A stretch of DNA of 63,971 bases, filler included, from an uncultured Methanosarcinales archaeon (GCA_964397315.1; 7 parts of 4 records of this genome joined end to end with filler, not necessarily neighbours in it), one strand, 5' to 3'. Counted from the first letter of the whole stretch, positions 1-10,564 are shown. A program made the numbers and translations. The notes: a model not told the origin generated them from the letters alone.

Positions 1-56
1 GAATAAGTTTTTTACGCCACCAGTCAAAGACTGGTGGAAAGCTCAGCTTCTAAAAC

Positions 57-230
57 CGCACAACTTCCAGCTTTTCTTTCTAATAAGCCCAACCCATAGT
101 TTTGCTCAAGTGCGCGCTATGGGCTTGTGGAGTTGGTGCTCTAAAGTTGTTGTTGGGGGCGGCTGGGCGGGACAAAACAATTGTAACTCTAAAGAGGGTG
201 GAGGCAAATTCTGGAAAGATTACCATTTTT
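57..230 (+). ncRNA. Copy 1 (core only, diverged) of dispersed structured-RNA-like element
   Basis: GCACAACTTCC (58-68), AATAAGCCC (82-90), GTGGAGTTGGTGC, GGCGGG and TTGTAACTCTAAAGAGGGTGG occur in the same order as in copies 2-4; boundaries approximate. Confidence 0.6.
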
Positions 231-313
231 GTTCCAACTAAGGATGGCTTTCTCACCCGCAATATGCTTTAATCCTCCAGAAACATTTAAAAACATGAAA
301 GGGCATTGCCTGC

Positions 314-1183
314 ATGATGGCAGCAGAAAAGAATCCTCTTGTCAGCGTGATAATACCAACGCACAACAGGCCCGCCTACCTTAGAAGGGCTATCGCTTCT
401 GTGCTGCGCCAGTCTTACAGCAGGATTGAAGTCATTGTGGTGGATGACAGCTCTGAAAAGAGAGCAAAGAATAACAACAAGAGGCTGGTAAAGCAGCTCA
501 AGGACAAAAGAATAAGATATCTTCCGAACAGCAGACAGCTGGGGGGAGCTGCCTCAAGAAACAAGGGAGTTGGGAAGTCAAAGGGAGAGCTCATAGCTTT
601 CCTGGATGATGATGACGAGTGGCTCAGGAGCAAGGTCAAAAAGCAGGTTGCGCTTTTCAGGAAATCAAAAGTGAGGAACCTTGGTGTTGTTTACTGCAAC
701 TTTGAGCTCATAGAATACCTCGGAGAGAGGACAGAGAAGCACAGGATAAGAGAAGGAAAAAAAGGCTATGTTCTGAGGGGCCTTCTTGACAGCTTTTGCG
801 TGGGCATAACATCAACAGTGATGGTAAAGCGGGATGTGCTTGAATGGATTGGGGGTTTTGATGAGAGGATGAAATCCTCGCAGGAGTATGACCTTTTCCT
901 GAGGATTGCGGATTATTATGGGTTTGATTTCGTGGACGAGTATCTGGTGAGAAAGCATGAGGACCTGAGCAGGGTGTCCACAGACTTCAGGAACAAGCTG
1001 CAGGGCCTTAACCGCTTCTTCTGGAAGCACAGGAGGAAATACAGGAGGTTTGGTATTGGATTCAGGCTAAAGAGCCTGTTGAGATGGGCGTTCCTTGACA
1101 TGGCCTACCTGATGGGCCTTGTGCTGGGCAACCGCGTTCTGAGGATGCTTAACAGGATTGTTGACATCAGGAGAAAAAGATGA
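314..1183 (+). CDS. Glycosyltransferase family 2
   Basis: VSVIIPTHNR, IVVDD, GAASRNKG, AFLDDDD, GGFDE motifs. Confidence 0.95.
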   Translation: MMAAEKNPLVSVIIPTHNRPAYLRRAIASVLRQSYSRIEVIVVDDSSEKRAKNNNKRLVKQLKDKRIRYLPNSRQLGGAASRNKGVGKSKGELIAFLDDDDEWLRSKVKKQVALFRKSKVRNLGVVYCNFELIEYLGERTEKHRIREGKKGYVLRGLLDSFCVGITSTVMVKRDVLEWIGGFDERMKSSQEYDLFLRIADYYGFDFVDEYLVRKHEDLSRVSTDFRNKLQGLNRFFWKHRRKYRRFGIGFRLKSLLRWAFLDMAYLMGLVLGNRVLRMLNRIVDIRRKR

Positions 1184-1194
1184 TCCAGAAGAGC

Positions 1195-2322
1195 CTATAG
1201 GTTAAGGTCAATGTTCTCCAGCCTCACAGCCTCGTAAAGCCTTGCTGAAAGCACGCTCATGTCTGTTGTGTTCCTCTCCATGAATCCTGTCCTTGTGCTG
1301 AAGTAATGATTCACCTGCTCTGAGGCCCACTTTGATATCTCGCTCTGCAGCTCTTTCCTGCTGATTTTCAGTCCTGAGTATCCTGCAAGGGCCTGAAAGG
1401 AATACGCTGCCTCAATCCCTGTTGGATTGAAGGCCCATGAGTATGAGTTCTTGCCTGATCTCAAGTCAAGAGGGTGATTCCTCCTGAGATACTCCAGCGG
1501 CTTTCTTATGAGGGATTTAAGCCTCCTGTCCTTCCACAGATTAAGGCCTTTATTGTTGTCATAAGCTATTGCGAATCCGTAAGTGTTGAATGCAAGGTAT
1601 CCCCTGCTCCTTTTGTAAGTAAAATTCCCGCTGCCCTTTGACCATTCAATAAACCTTATTAGCGCTTTTCTTATCCTGTGAGCAAGGCTGTCTCTCCTGA
1701 AGGTGTGCTCTATAAGGCCGGGCTCCAGGAACGTGACAATATTCGGAAGGTTTGAGAAGAATGATGAAGCGTCCTCAAGAAGTTTTTTGTTCTTCTTGAG
1801 CTTGGCTATGGTGAGGGCCATTGCCCCAAGCCAGAGCTGGTGGTTGAATGTCTCGTCTATTTTGCCGTCAGTTCCGTCAAGATTCTTTATGTGCCAGAGC
1901 TTCCTCTGCTTATTGAATTTGTGCATTGAGACAATCTCCTCAGCAAGGTCAAGATACTCCTTCTTCTTGAAGTCACTTCCTATGAAGATGAGGGGCTCTA
2001 TTGCCCACGCAGGCCCTATAGTGCCATTTACAGGGTCTGCCTTCCTTGACTTCCTCCTGCAGTGGAAGTTATATCCCTCTGGCCTGTTCTTCTTCAAAAG
2101 AAGAAAATCGCAGGCCTTAAGCGCCGCGTCCCTATACTTCTTGTCTCCTGATATCTTATAAGCCTTGTGCAGGAGCATGGCCACATGGGCTGTGTTCCTC
2201 ACAGGAGTCTCAGCATCATTCCAGGGCCCGTTGTGGCCTGGAGGGAAAGAGCCGTCCTTCTGCTGGATTGAGAGGTAATTGCCTGCAGACCTTAAGATGA
2301 CATCATGAATGTTCTGCTCCAT
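1195..2322 (-). CDS. aglQ: AglQ-like protein (archaeal glycosylation cluster)
   Basis: PPGHNGPW.D.ETPVRNT and TFNHQLW motifs resemble haloarchaeal AglQ; glycosylation context. Confidence 0.75.
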   Translation of the reverse strand: MEQNIHDVILRSAGNYLSIQQKDGSFPPGHNGPWNDAETPVRNTAHVAMLLHKAYKISGDKKYRDAALKACDFLLLKKNRPEGYNFHCRRKSRKADPVNGTIGPAWAIEPLIFIGSDFKKKEYLDLAEEIVSMHKFNKQRKLWHIKNLDGTDGKIDETFNHQLWLGAMALTIAKLKKNKKLLEDASSFFSNLPNIVTFLEPGLIEHTFRRDSLAHRIRKALIRFIEWSKGSGNFTYKRSRGYLAFNTYGFAIAYDNNKGLNLWKDRRLKSLIRKPLEYLRRNHPLDLRSGKNSYSWAFNPTGIEAAYSFQALAGYSGLKISRKELQSEISKWASEQVNHYFSTRTGFMERNTTDMSVLSARLYEAVRLENIDLNL

Positions 2323-2396
2323 AAGATAAGCCCACAGCCCAAGATTATTTAAATGTTTAGGATAGATTTATATAAAAAAAGGGATAAGTGCCTGCC

Positions 2397-3374
2397 ATGG
2401 CAAGAAAGCCGTCTATAAGCGTGTGCATACCCAACTACAATTATGGCAGATATCTTCCCCAAACTATTAATTCTGTCCTAAACCAGAAGTTCGGTGACTT
2501 TGAAGTCCTTGTTATTGACAACAGGTCAGAGGATAATTCTGTTGATGTTGTAAAAAGATTTGAAAAAAAGGACAAGAGAGTAAGGCTTATCATCAATGAG
2601 AGGAATGTTGGAATGGCAGGTAACTGGAACAAGTGCCTTGAACACGCTTCAGGTGAATTCCTTCTCATACTTAATGCAGATGATTTCCTGCATCCCGGCA
2701 TGCTGCAGAAGCTACACTCTGCAGCTCAAAAGCATAATGCTGACATAACCTTCTGCGACAGGATAAGGTATATAGAAGATAAGAACAGGTATTCAAAATC
2801 AAAGAGCTTATACAAGTCTTCAGGCATTATAAGCTATAAAAAAGTTATTAAAGACCTTTTTACAAGGAACAAGATGATAATGGTCGGCTCTTTCCTGGTG
2901 AAAAGAAAGATAATAAACACGCGATTCAATGAGAAATTCAGGCAGATAGGGGACATGACATGGCTGATGAAACTTCTCATAAGCCTCAGGAGAGATCCTC
3001 ATTACATAAAAAAGAGTATGCTGTACTTCAGGGTGCACTCAAGCAATATAGGCCTTCCTACAAATCCTGAAAAGTATGAAAGGATTCTGAGGGAGAGGGC
3101 CATGGAGTATGGGGAAATCAAAAATGCAAAAGGCTTCAGCAGGATGAAGTGGCTTTTCAGGCTCTACAAGCCAAGAAGGGATGTTGATCTTTTTATCCAG
3201 TTTGTTCTTGGGACGGGGGTGGTGCACCACAGAATAAAAGATATGCTCAGGAACTGGAGCTTGTGGATCAGTAAGTATTTCAATCCTCTCTATCTACCCA
3301 TATATCCCTGGGAGTTCATCTTCCTGGCATCAAGAACGCTGTTCAGGAAGATTGCAGAAAGAGGGTCTAAATGA
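2397..3374 (+). CDS. Glycosyltransferase family 2
   Basis: ISVCIPNYN, DNRSEDNS, NVGMAGNWN, LNADD. Confidence 0.93.
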   Translation: MARKPSISVCIPNYNYGRYLPQTINSVLNQKFGDFEVLVIDNRSEDNSVDVVKRFEKKDKRVRLIINERNVGMAGNWNKCLEHASGEFLLILNADDFLHPGMLQKLHSAAQKHNADITFCDRIRYIEDKNRYSKSKSLYKSSGIISYKKVIKDLFTRNKMIMVGSFLVKRKIINTRFNEKFRQIGDMTWLMKLLISLRRDPHYIKKSMLYFRVHSSNIGLPTNPEKYERILRERAMEYGEIKNAKGFSRMKWLFRLYKPRRDVDLFIQFVLGTGVVHHRIKDMLRNWSLWISKYFNPLYLPIYPWEFIFLASRTLFRKIAERGSK

Positions 3375-3396
3375 GCTATTTTGATATATATTCAGA

Positions 3397-4113
3397 TTAA
3401 TACTTAAATTCTTCCTCAAACCTTTTGAGGGATTCTGGAGTGCCGAATTCCCAAACCTCTGTGGAGTGGTCCAGCATTATTTTCTTTCCGGAGTTTATAA
3501 GCTCGTTGTAGGCGGGCCCCACATAAAATTCATTGTTGGTTGTTATGCCTTTTTCAATCATCCTTTCAGCTGCCCATACAAAGTCGCTTCCCTTGCTGAA
3601 GTGGTACATTCCTACTGTAGCATGGATTGAGATGGGCTTCTTCTCAGCAACCTCAACAACAAATCCGTTCTGGCCAGTTTTTGCATAGCTGAATCTTGGA
3701 TTGCGTGACTCAAATACTGTAATTATGCCGTCAATGTCCCTCTTTTGCAGGGTCTCCTGCAGGTCTGACCTGAAGAATGTGTCTGTGTTGAATATTATGA
3801 GGGGCTCTGGCTTGTTAATATGCTCTTTCGCCAGCAGTACAGTGCAGGCCTGCCCTCTTGTTACATTCTCAACAGGTATTATGATACAATTTGGGTATCT
3901 CTTTTTCAGTTCCTTGTCAATATTGTGCTCATCAATGTGCTCTTTCAGGCATATGAATATGAGGGTTTGCTTTTTCAGGTCAAGGAAATCAAAGCTTTTT
4001 AGCGCCCACTCAAACATTGGCCTGTCTTTGGCTTGAATCAGGGGCTTTGGGATGTTCCAGCCAGCCTCAAGAAATCTTCTCCCTTCTCCTGCTATTGGGA
4101 TTGCGATTATCAT
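3397..4113 (-). CDS. Nucleotidyltransferase-fold capsule biosynthesis protein
   Basis: IPIAGEGRRF..PKPLI, TRGQACTV, AEKKPIS, NNEFYV, FGTPE. Confidence 0.85.
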   Translation of the reverse strand: MIIAIPIAGEGRRFLEAGWNIPKPLIQAKDRPMFEWALKSFDFLDLKKQTLIFICLKEHIDEHNIDKELKKRYPNCIIIPVENVTRGQACTVLLAKEHINKPEPLIIFNTDTFFRSDLQETLQKRDIDGIITVFESRNPRFSYAKTGQNGFVVEVAEKKPISIHATVGMYHFSKGSDFVWAAERMIEKGITTNNEFYVGPAYNELINSGKKIMLDHSTEVWEFGTPESLKRFEEEFKY

Positions 4114-4472
4114 TTTTCTTTCGCCATCTTCTTGAGGAAGTTCTCATCTATCTTTTCCCAGTCCTCAAACCTTATTGACCTGTCACAGATGTAAATCTCA
4201 GCGTTGGGCCTGCCGAAAATGAGTTCATCATAGGGTATGTCATGCTTTTTCAGCCATTCCCGGGTTATGTCTCCAACTCTTTTTTCAACAAGAGAGACAT
4301 CACCATTGCAGGTTTTCATGTGCCTGGCTGAATGAATTATAATGTAGTGCCCCTTACTCTTGAGGTCCTTGATCTTTTCAACAGCCCCTTTTTTGGGCAT
4401 CACATCAGCGTAGCTCCCCCCTTCCTTCTTAAGCTCGCTTATTGTCCCGTCAAGATCAATCACTATTCTCAT
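4110..4472 (-). CDS. HAD-family capsule biosynthesis phosphatase (EcbF/BcbF-like)
   Basis: IDLDGT, HSARHM, IPYDELIFG; overlaps both neighbours. Confidence 0.85.
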   Translation of the reverse strand: MRIVIDLDGTISELKKEGGSYADVMPKKGAVEKIKDLKSKGHYIIIHSARHMKTCNGDVSLVEKRVGDITREWLKKHDIPYDELIFGRPNAEIYICDRSIRFEDWEKIDENFLKKMAKEK

Positions 4473-6096
4473 CAAGCACCTCATTGAGTATTCTTATGGC
4501 GTTCAGGTACATTGCGGTCTGCTTATCCCTGCTGTCATTGTGTAGAGGGATCATTGAGAGGAAGAGCAGGCCCTCTATAAATCTTACTGTTTTTAGGTCC
4601 CATCCATAGTCCTTTAACATGCTTGTGAAGATCTTTTTTATTTCTTCTGTGTTGCTGTTGGAGTATATCTCAAGCTTGTACTGTCCCTCTGCTTTTTTGC
4701 TGACGCTGAAAAGGTTGTTGATTATAAAATCATATTTCCCCTCCACAGAATGGAGGAGCTTTGCAAGATCATACCTTATATCCCCATGTATGCCCTCCCT
4801 GCCAAAGGAGCCTCTGGGGTCAACAAGCTTCATAACCCTGTTGTTCAGGTCATAAAGAATGTTCGGAAAGCACAGGTCGCCATGGATTATAGTGCAGTTC
4901 CTGGAATCATAAAGGCTGCCTGCAAATTCAAGTATTTGCTTCTCCAGGAGGGGATAATTTTTCATTTCAACCCCGTTTATTGAGATCCTCTCTTCTGAAA
5001 GAAGTCTCTTGAATTCCCTGTCCTGCTTCAGCTTTTCTGTCCTTCTTTTAGTCTTTTCAACATACATATCATCAAAATGCTTCCTGTCCAGTTTTCCCTT
5101 GTGGCTGCTGAATATCTCAATAACCTCAAATATGTGCCTGAAAACAGACCTCCACAAGTGCAGAGGAAGGTTCTCATAGACAAAATAGTCGCTTAAGGTT
5201 GTATAGCCATAATACTCCATCTTCACCCACATATCATTATCTTCTAATGAAAAGTCTATAACCCTGGGAGAGAGAACTTTCAGCTCTTTCGGAAGTGACA
5301 GGTACCAGTTTATCTCGTTCCTGAACTTGGACGATTTCCTGCTTTTCTTAGTGAGCACTCCAAGGACATCATCAACATCAATTGTGTTGAACTCCCTGGA
5401 CTGCAGCAGCCTCTTTTTTGACCTGTAATAATTATCTATGTTACCGCAGTCAAACCACTGCTCAACCCTTTCAGCATGGATTCTATGCTTGCTCATGTAG
5501 TAGTCCAGCGCAAGGCTTATCTCATACTTCCTTTCATCATCAGAGCTGATTGCGCGCTCAATACACTCAAAAAAGAAAGGCGCATCCCTCAAGTAATACA
5601 CGCCAATCAATGCATTAGGCTGCTTGTCATAGTTTTCAGGCTTGTCAATAAACCTGCTTACAGTCCCGTCAGGGCCAGCCTCCACAAGACACCACCTGCG
5701 ATGCTCATCTGTCTCAGAATAAAGCACAAAATCCCTTGACAAATCCATATCCTGCCTGAATATGGTATCGCCAAGAACAACAAGAAGATCGCCTGTCATC
5801 TCAAGCTTTTCAGCTGCTTTTATGGAGCAGGAAGGGCCTGCCATACTATCGGGCTCTGTGAACCTCACGCTCATCTTCCTGCTGTAAACCCTTTTTACGT
5901 AATCAACCAGCTTCTCCTTGTTCTCCTTCACCACCAGAATAACATCCGAAAAACCGCTCTCATAAAGGTAATCCAGAATCCACCCTATCACGGGCTTGCC
6001 ATTAAGGGGCACCATGGATATGTGAGTATTGACATCAAAAGGGACAATCTTGTTCCCGTCTGATTTCGCGCATGGTATTACAACAGTGGGTTTCAT
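4456..6096 (-). CDS. NTP-transferase-like domain fused to aminoglycoside/choline-kinase-like domain (capsule biosynthesis)
   Basis: N-terminal GDTI, DKP, WFDCG; C-terminal HGDLCFPNIL, LVDPRG, YDLAKL. Confidence 0.85.
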   Translation of the reverse strand: MKPTVVIPCAKSDGNKIVPFDVNTHISMVPLNGKPVIGWILDYLYESGFSDVILVVKENKEKLVDYVKRVYSRKMSVRFTEPDSMAGPSCSIKAAEKLEMTGDLLVVLGDTIFRQDMDLSRDFVLYSETDEHRRWCLVEAGPDGTVSRFIDKPENYDKQPNALIGVYYLRDAPFFFECIERAISSDDERKYEISLALDYYMSKHRIHAERVEQWFDCGNIDNYYRSKKRLLQSREFNTIDVDDVLGVLTKKSRKSSKFRNEINWYLSLPKELKVLSPRVIDFSLEDNDMWVKMEYYGYTTLSDYFVYENLPLHLWRSVFRHIFEVIEIFSSHKGKLDRKHFDDMYVEKTKRRTEKLKQDREFKRLLSEERISINGVEMKNYPLLEKQILEFAGSLYDSRNCTIIHGDLCFPNILYDLNNRVMKLVDPRGSFGREGIHGDIRYDLAKLLHSVEGKYDFIINNLFSVSKKAEGQYKLEIYSNSNTEEIKKIFTSMLKDYGWDLKTVRFIEGLLFLSMIPLHNDSRDKQTAMYLNAIRILNEVLDENSD

Positions 6097-6243
6097 CTGT
6101 TATGATATTCTGATGTTATTTTATAAATTTTTCTGCAAACCCCTTCTGTCGGCTCGCACGTTCCTGCAAAGAGGTCTCACAGGAGGATTAAACAGAGTAT
6201 GCCATTCAATAAATTTTTATAATCAGACAGGATTTTGACCTTA

Positions 6244-7632
6244 ATGGCAAAGAACATCTTCCTCATAACAATAGACGCCCTGAGGCCTGACCACCTGAAT
6301 TGTTATGGGTACAGGGAGAGGAAAACAAGCCCTTTCATGGACAGCCTTGCTGAGAAAGGGGCGTTGTTCAGGAACTGCTTCTCAACAGGCCCTTATACCT
6401 CTCCGTCATTCTGCTCTATTCTTGCGGGAATATACCCTCTGCAGCACGGCCATTTCATGCCGCTTCCGAATCAGGCTGTACTTGTGAGCGAGGCTCTGAA
6501 GAAAAAAGGCTACAGGACAATTGCAATTCACTCAAACCCATATCTTTCAAGATTCTTCGGCTACAGCAGGGGATTTGACATATTCAGGGAGTATGAGTCA
6601 AAGACTCCTGTCATGAGGCTGAGCCAGAAAATAACCAGGATTTTCGGGCCTGAGAGCCTTGTTTACAGGGCTTCTGCACTCCTGTTCCACAAACTGTTCT
6701 CCCCCATTCTCAGCAGGGTGAAGAGCAGGGATGTCAATGTGTCATACACAAGAGCTGAAAAGCTCAAAAGAGACACCCTGGATATACTGAAGAGCCAGAA
6801 GGCTGACAGGGTCTTCTGCTGGATGCATTTCATGGACACTCACGCACCTTACATGCCTCCGGAGAGCATTCTTGAGAGGAACAAGGCAGGCATGAAAAGA
6901 AAGAGGATTGAAGAGCTGAACAGGATGCAGGCAGCAGCAAAGAAAAACAGGGATACAAGAATCAGTAAAAAGAATCTTGAGGGCCTGAAGCTGTTGTATG
7001 ACAATGAGATAAGCTATGTGGACAGCCAGCTCAAGGACTTCTTCAAAAGCCTTCCTGAGAGGTACAGGAAGGACAGTGTTTTCATTATAACAGCTGACCA
7101 TGGGGAGGAGTTTTTTGAGCATGGCATGACAGACCATGAGGACCTGCCTTATGACGAGCTTTTGAGGGTTCCGCTTATAATCTATGGAAGGGATGTCAGG
7201 AAAAAGGGATACAATGGGCTTGTGAGCACAATAGACATTCCCAGCACGATACTGGACATTGCAAACGCAGAGAGGCCTGCCGGATACAAGGGAAAAAACC
7301 TTTTCAGGGAGAGCAGGGATTTTATCATTGGCCAGACCCTCATACAAAAGGAGGAAATAAAATATGCCTGGCATTCCCTCAGGGATGTGAAGTTCCAGAA
7401 GAGGAACTTTCACAGGCTGGACTTCTACAGGGACAGCAAGCACAAGGCAATGCTCTCTGAGAAGCGCAGTCTGATGTTTAACCTCAGAAAAGATCCGCTG
7501 GAGAAAAAGAACATTTATAATGACAAGGAGGCTGCGGGAATAAGGAAAAAGATAAAAGAAGAGGTTTCTGCCGGAGAAAAGGATATGATCAAGCAGGCAG
7601 TTGAAAGCTTAGCAGGAGATCCCAAGTTCTGA
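6244..7632 (+). CDS. Sulfatase-like alkaline phosphatase superfamily protein
   Basis: LITIDALRPD, YTSPSF, HFMDTHAPY, TADHGE, VPLI. Confidence 0.9.
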   Translation: MAKNIFLITIDALRPDHLNCYGYRERKTSPFMDSLAEKGALFRNCFSTGPYTSPSFCSILAGIYPLQHGHFMPLPNQAVLVSEALKKKGYRTIAIHSNPYLSRFFGYSRGFDIFREYESKTPVMRLSQKITRIFGPESLVYRASALLFHKLFSPILSRVKSRDVNVSYTRAEKLKRDTLDILKSQKADRVFCWMHFMDTHAPYMPPESILERNKAGMKRKRIEELNRMQAAAKKNRDTRISKKNLEGLKLLYDNEISYVDSQLKDFFKSLPERYRKDSVFIITADHGEEFFEHGMTDHEDLPYDELLRVPLIIYGRDVRKKGYNGLVSTIDIPSTILDIANAERPAGYKGKNLFRESRDFIIGQTLIQKEEIKYAWHSLRDVKFQKRNFHRLDFYRDSKHKAMLSEKRSLMFNLRKDPLEKKNIYNDKEAAGIRKKIKEEVSAGEKDMIKQAVESLAGDPKF

Positions 7633-7636
7633 AACT

Positions 7637-8920
7637 TCACATGTAGCCGAGATTCTTAAGCCTTTCTGCAACAATCTTTCTCTCTTTTTTACCTAGTTCG
7701 CTGCCCCTTGTTTTGTCTTTTGACTTGATTTTATTAAGTTTTTTTCTCATTTCTGAAGCCACATTATCCTTGTCCTTTAATATGTTCCTCGTCTCGTGAG
7801 GATCGTTCTTTAAGTCAAACAGGAATTCCTCATTACTATAATTGTCTGCCCTGCGGCCGTATTTGTACCTCTGGCCCCTTATTCCGTCTCTCATGACTTC
7901 TTTTTTTCCATCGCTCCGAACAACGGGAGCTAGTGCCACAACATCCTTGTTTTCTCTTTTGTAAGATGGAGGGAGGAGAGAATCGCCTGTTGACTTCTGC
8001 TTTGGAAAGCCCATATAATCAATCAGTGTGGGAAAAAGGTCTATCGTTCTTACATTACTCTTAACTGTCTTTTTTGGGAATCCTTTTCCGTGGAAAATGA
8101 GGGGCACGTTCATCAGAAAATCATAGATGTGATATGAGTGCCTGAGCCATTCCTCTGGCTTGCCGCCGTCCCTCATCATTTTCTTATCATTCTCAGTTAA
8201 CCTCTCGTCCAGTCTCTCGCCGTGATCCCCGGTTATGACAAGAACATCAGGGCCCAGTCTTTTCACGATATCCTCAGCAACAGTCTCAATGTGCTTTACG
8301 CTCTTGATGTATTTGGGCGAGTATTTTCCTCCTGACGGAGGGCTCGCTCTCCTGTACAGTCTCTGCACAGGCTTAAAAATGCCCGCTCTCCTGAGGAGGT
8401 TCACGGCAGAAAAGCTAAGCTTTTTCTTCAAAAGCCTTTTTCTTGAGCCTGTAAAGAGAGGATAGTGGGCTGCCCAGAAGTGAAGCATGACAAACCACGG
8501 CTTTCCTGACTTCCTGACCCTGCTTATTATCCTTTCCTTGGTTTTTCCATGGATAAAGTCAAACTTCCCCCTGTACTCATAAAGGTCAAATCCTTTTGAG
8601 ATACCTGTCTCCTTGACAAGGGGGCCTGTCACAAAAGCCATTGTTGAGTAGCCCCTGCTCCTGAAGATCTCAGGAAGGGTTTTTACATTGCCTGCCAGCT
8701 TTTTGTTCAGCACGCCATTAAGCCCGTTCTCAAAAGGGTATTTGCCTGTGAGGATGGAGCCAAAACTGGGGGTGGTGCAGGTTGCAACAGTCATTGTGTT
8801 TGGAAAGTAATAGCTGTTTTTTATAAGGCGTCTGAAATATCCTGACTTTGAATCAAGGCCGGAGAAAACATCCTCTCTCATGCAGTCAATGACTATAAAA
8901 AGCACATTTGGTTTTTTCAT
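7637..8920 (-). CDS. Sulfatase-like alkaline phosphatase superfamily protein
   Basis: IVIDCMRED, CTTPSF, GDHGE, FDLKNDPHE, RLKNLGY. Confidence 0.9.
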   Translation of the reverse strand: MKKPNVLFIVIDCMREDVFSGLDSKSGYFRRLIKNSYYFPNTMTVATCTTPSFGSILTGKYPFENGLNGVLNKKLAGNVKTLPEIFRSRGYSTMAFVTGPLVKETGISKGFDLYEYRGKFDFIHGKTKERIISRVRKSGKPWFVMLHFWAAHYPLFTGSRKRLLKKKLSFSAVNLLRRAGIFKPVQRLYRRASPPSGGKYSPKYIKSVKHIETVAEDIVKRLGPDVLVITGDHGERLDERLTENDKKMMRDGGKPEEWLRHSYHIYDFLMNVPLIFHGKGFPKKTVKSNVRTIDLFPTLIDYMGFPKQKSTGDSLLPPSYKRENKDVVALAPVVRSDGKKEVMRDGIRGQRYKYGRRADNYSNEEFLFDLKNDPHETRNILKDKDNVASEMRKKLNKIKSKDKTRGSELGKKERKIVAERLKNLGYM

Positions 8921-8980
8921 AGACTATAAAACCCTACGTATGATATATAAAGTTTTCGGGCGGATTGCCCAAAAGCAGTA

Positions 8981-10507
8981 TCAAATGTTTTTGCCCCTTA
9001 TCCTGTCAAACAGAAGGGTCCTTATTATATACTTTACCTCGCTTATCCTTACTGCCCTGAAGAGTATGACAAGTGCTGAATATGCAAGAAGGCCTGCTGC
9101 CAGCACAAGAGGGGCTTCTATGTACCACCTGTTTATCAAAAGAGCCTCTTTAACGAAGTAAAGGACAGCAGTAAAGATTATGCCTGCTATTATGCCTTTC
9201 ACCCAGCCAAGATAGGGCAGCCTTATCCTGTGCTTGTTTATCTCTACAGAGGACATGACAAGCACAAAGAGGTAGCATAGCATTGTGGTGAGTGAAGCCC
9301 CTACAGCGCCGTAAAGGGGTATCAGCAGGAAGTTCATTACAAGGTTTATGGAAGCTGCAATGAGCATGAACCTTGATACAATCCCTGGCTTTTCAAGCGC
9401 GTAAAAGAAGGAATTGTTTATCAGCGTAATGGTGAAGAAAAGATTGGCTATTGCGAGTATGGCCAGCTGGAGGCTGCCTGCCTCGTACGAGCTGCCGAAC
9501 AGCACCCTGAGCACAAGAGGGGAATAAAAGACCATTATCAGGGCAAGGGGTATCACCAGGACAAAGAAGTATTTCTGCACTATCTCATACATCCTCACTG
9601 CATCAGGCATTTTCTTTTTTGCTATCAAAGAGGCTGCCATGGGCGTCAGCACAAAGGCGAATGCCTGAGGGATTATCCTCATCGCCTCTGCTGTGGGGAC
9701 TGCTGTCTGGTAAATGCCCACTTCATGCAGTGTCCTAAAGAAGGAAAGCATCACAGTGTCTGTGTATGTGATTACCCTGCCTCCCACGAGTATGAGCAAC
9801 ACAGAGAAACCATAAGTGAGGGTCCTTTTGAAGAGCTTTCTGCTCCAAGCAGATTTAACACTTGTGAAATCCGGGAACAGTCTTCTCAGGAATATTATGG
9901 TGGAGCCTGCAAAAACAAGGAAAAATGAGATTATGTAGGAGAGTATTGCAGCGGTAACGCTGCTTGTCTTCATAAAGAGAAGAAGGGCGAATATCAGTAT
10001 GAGCGCGTTCTTTATGAAGTTTGACAGGGTGAAGTAGTGGGATCTCTCAAAGCCTATGAAAAGGAACTTGTAGAACCTTTCCATATTGTGGAGTATGAGA
10101 AGCACGGCAAAGAGTATTATGAGCATTGACGCTCCGCTCCTGTGGAAGTAGGCCTTTGAGAGGAAGCCTGAGAACATAACCATCAGTACAGCTATCAGAA
10201 GGGAGAGGCAAGTCTGGAAGACCAGGAGCATTCCTGTGAGGTTCTTTATGTCAGATTTCCTTTTTTTTGCCCTGAACTCTGCTATGAACTTTTGCATGGA
10301 CGAGGAAGTGCCCAGGTCAGCGAAAATCACAATCAGGCTTATCAAGGCTATTCCTGCATAGAAAAGCCCGTAATCATCCGCTCCCAGCTTTCTTGCGAAC
10401 AGTATCCTTATCAGGTAGCCCAGAAGAGATGCCAGCATTGCAAAAAAGAAGACAATCACAGCCTGATTCACTGCTTTGCGGGCGTAGCTCATTTTACTGC
10501 TTTCCAT
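8981..10507 (-). CDS. Wzx-type oligosaccharide flippase
   Basis: Many hydrophobic segments; ARKLG.DDYG, TDTVML, VGIY, LIPLYGAVGA. Confidence 0.92.
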   Translation of the reverse strand: MESSKMSYARKAVNQAVIVFFFAMLASLLGYLIRILFARKLGADDYGLFYAGIALISLIVIFADLGTSSSMQKFIAEFRAKKRKSDIKNLTGMLLVFQTCLSLLIAVLMVMFSGFLSKAYFHRSGASMLIILFAVLLILHNMERFYKFLFIGFERSHYFTLSNFIKNALILIFALLLFMKTSSVTAAILSYIISFFLVFAGSTIIFLRRLFPDFTSVKSAWSRKLFKRTLTYGFSVLLILVGGRVITYTDTVMLSFFRTLHEVGIYQTAVPTAEAMRIIPQAFAFVLTPMAASLIAKKKMPDAVRMYEIVQKYFFVLVIPLALIMVFYSPLVLRVLFGSSYEAGSLQLAILAIANLFFTITLINNSFFYALEKPGIVSRFMLIAASINLVMNFLLIPLYGAVGASLTTMLCYLFVLVMSSVEINKHRIRLPYLGWVKGIIAGIIFTAVLYFVKEALLINRWYIEAPLVLAAGLLAYSALVILFRAVRISEVKYIIRTLLFDRIRGKNI

Positions 10508-10564
10508 GAAAGAGACTATATAAAGTTTTTGCAGGAAAAAAATGGGATTGTGGGGGAGATAATG

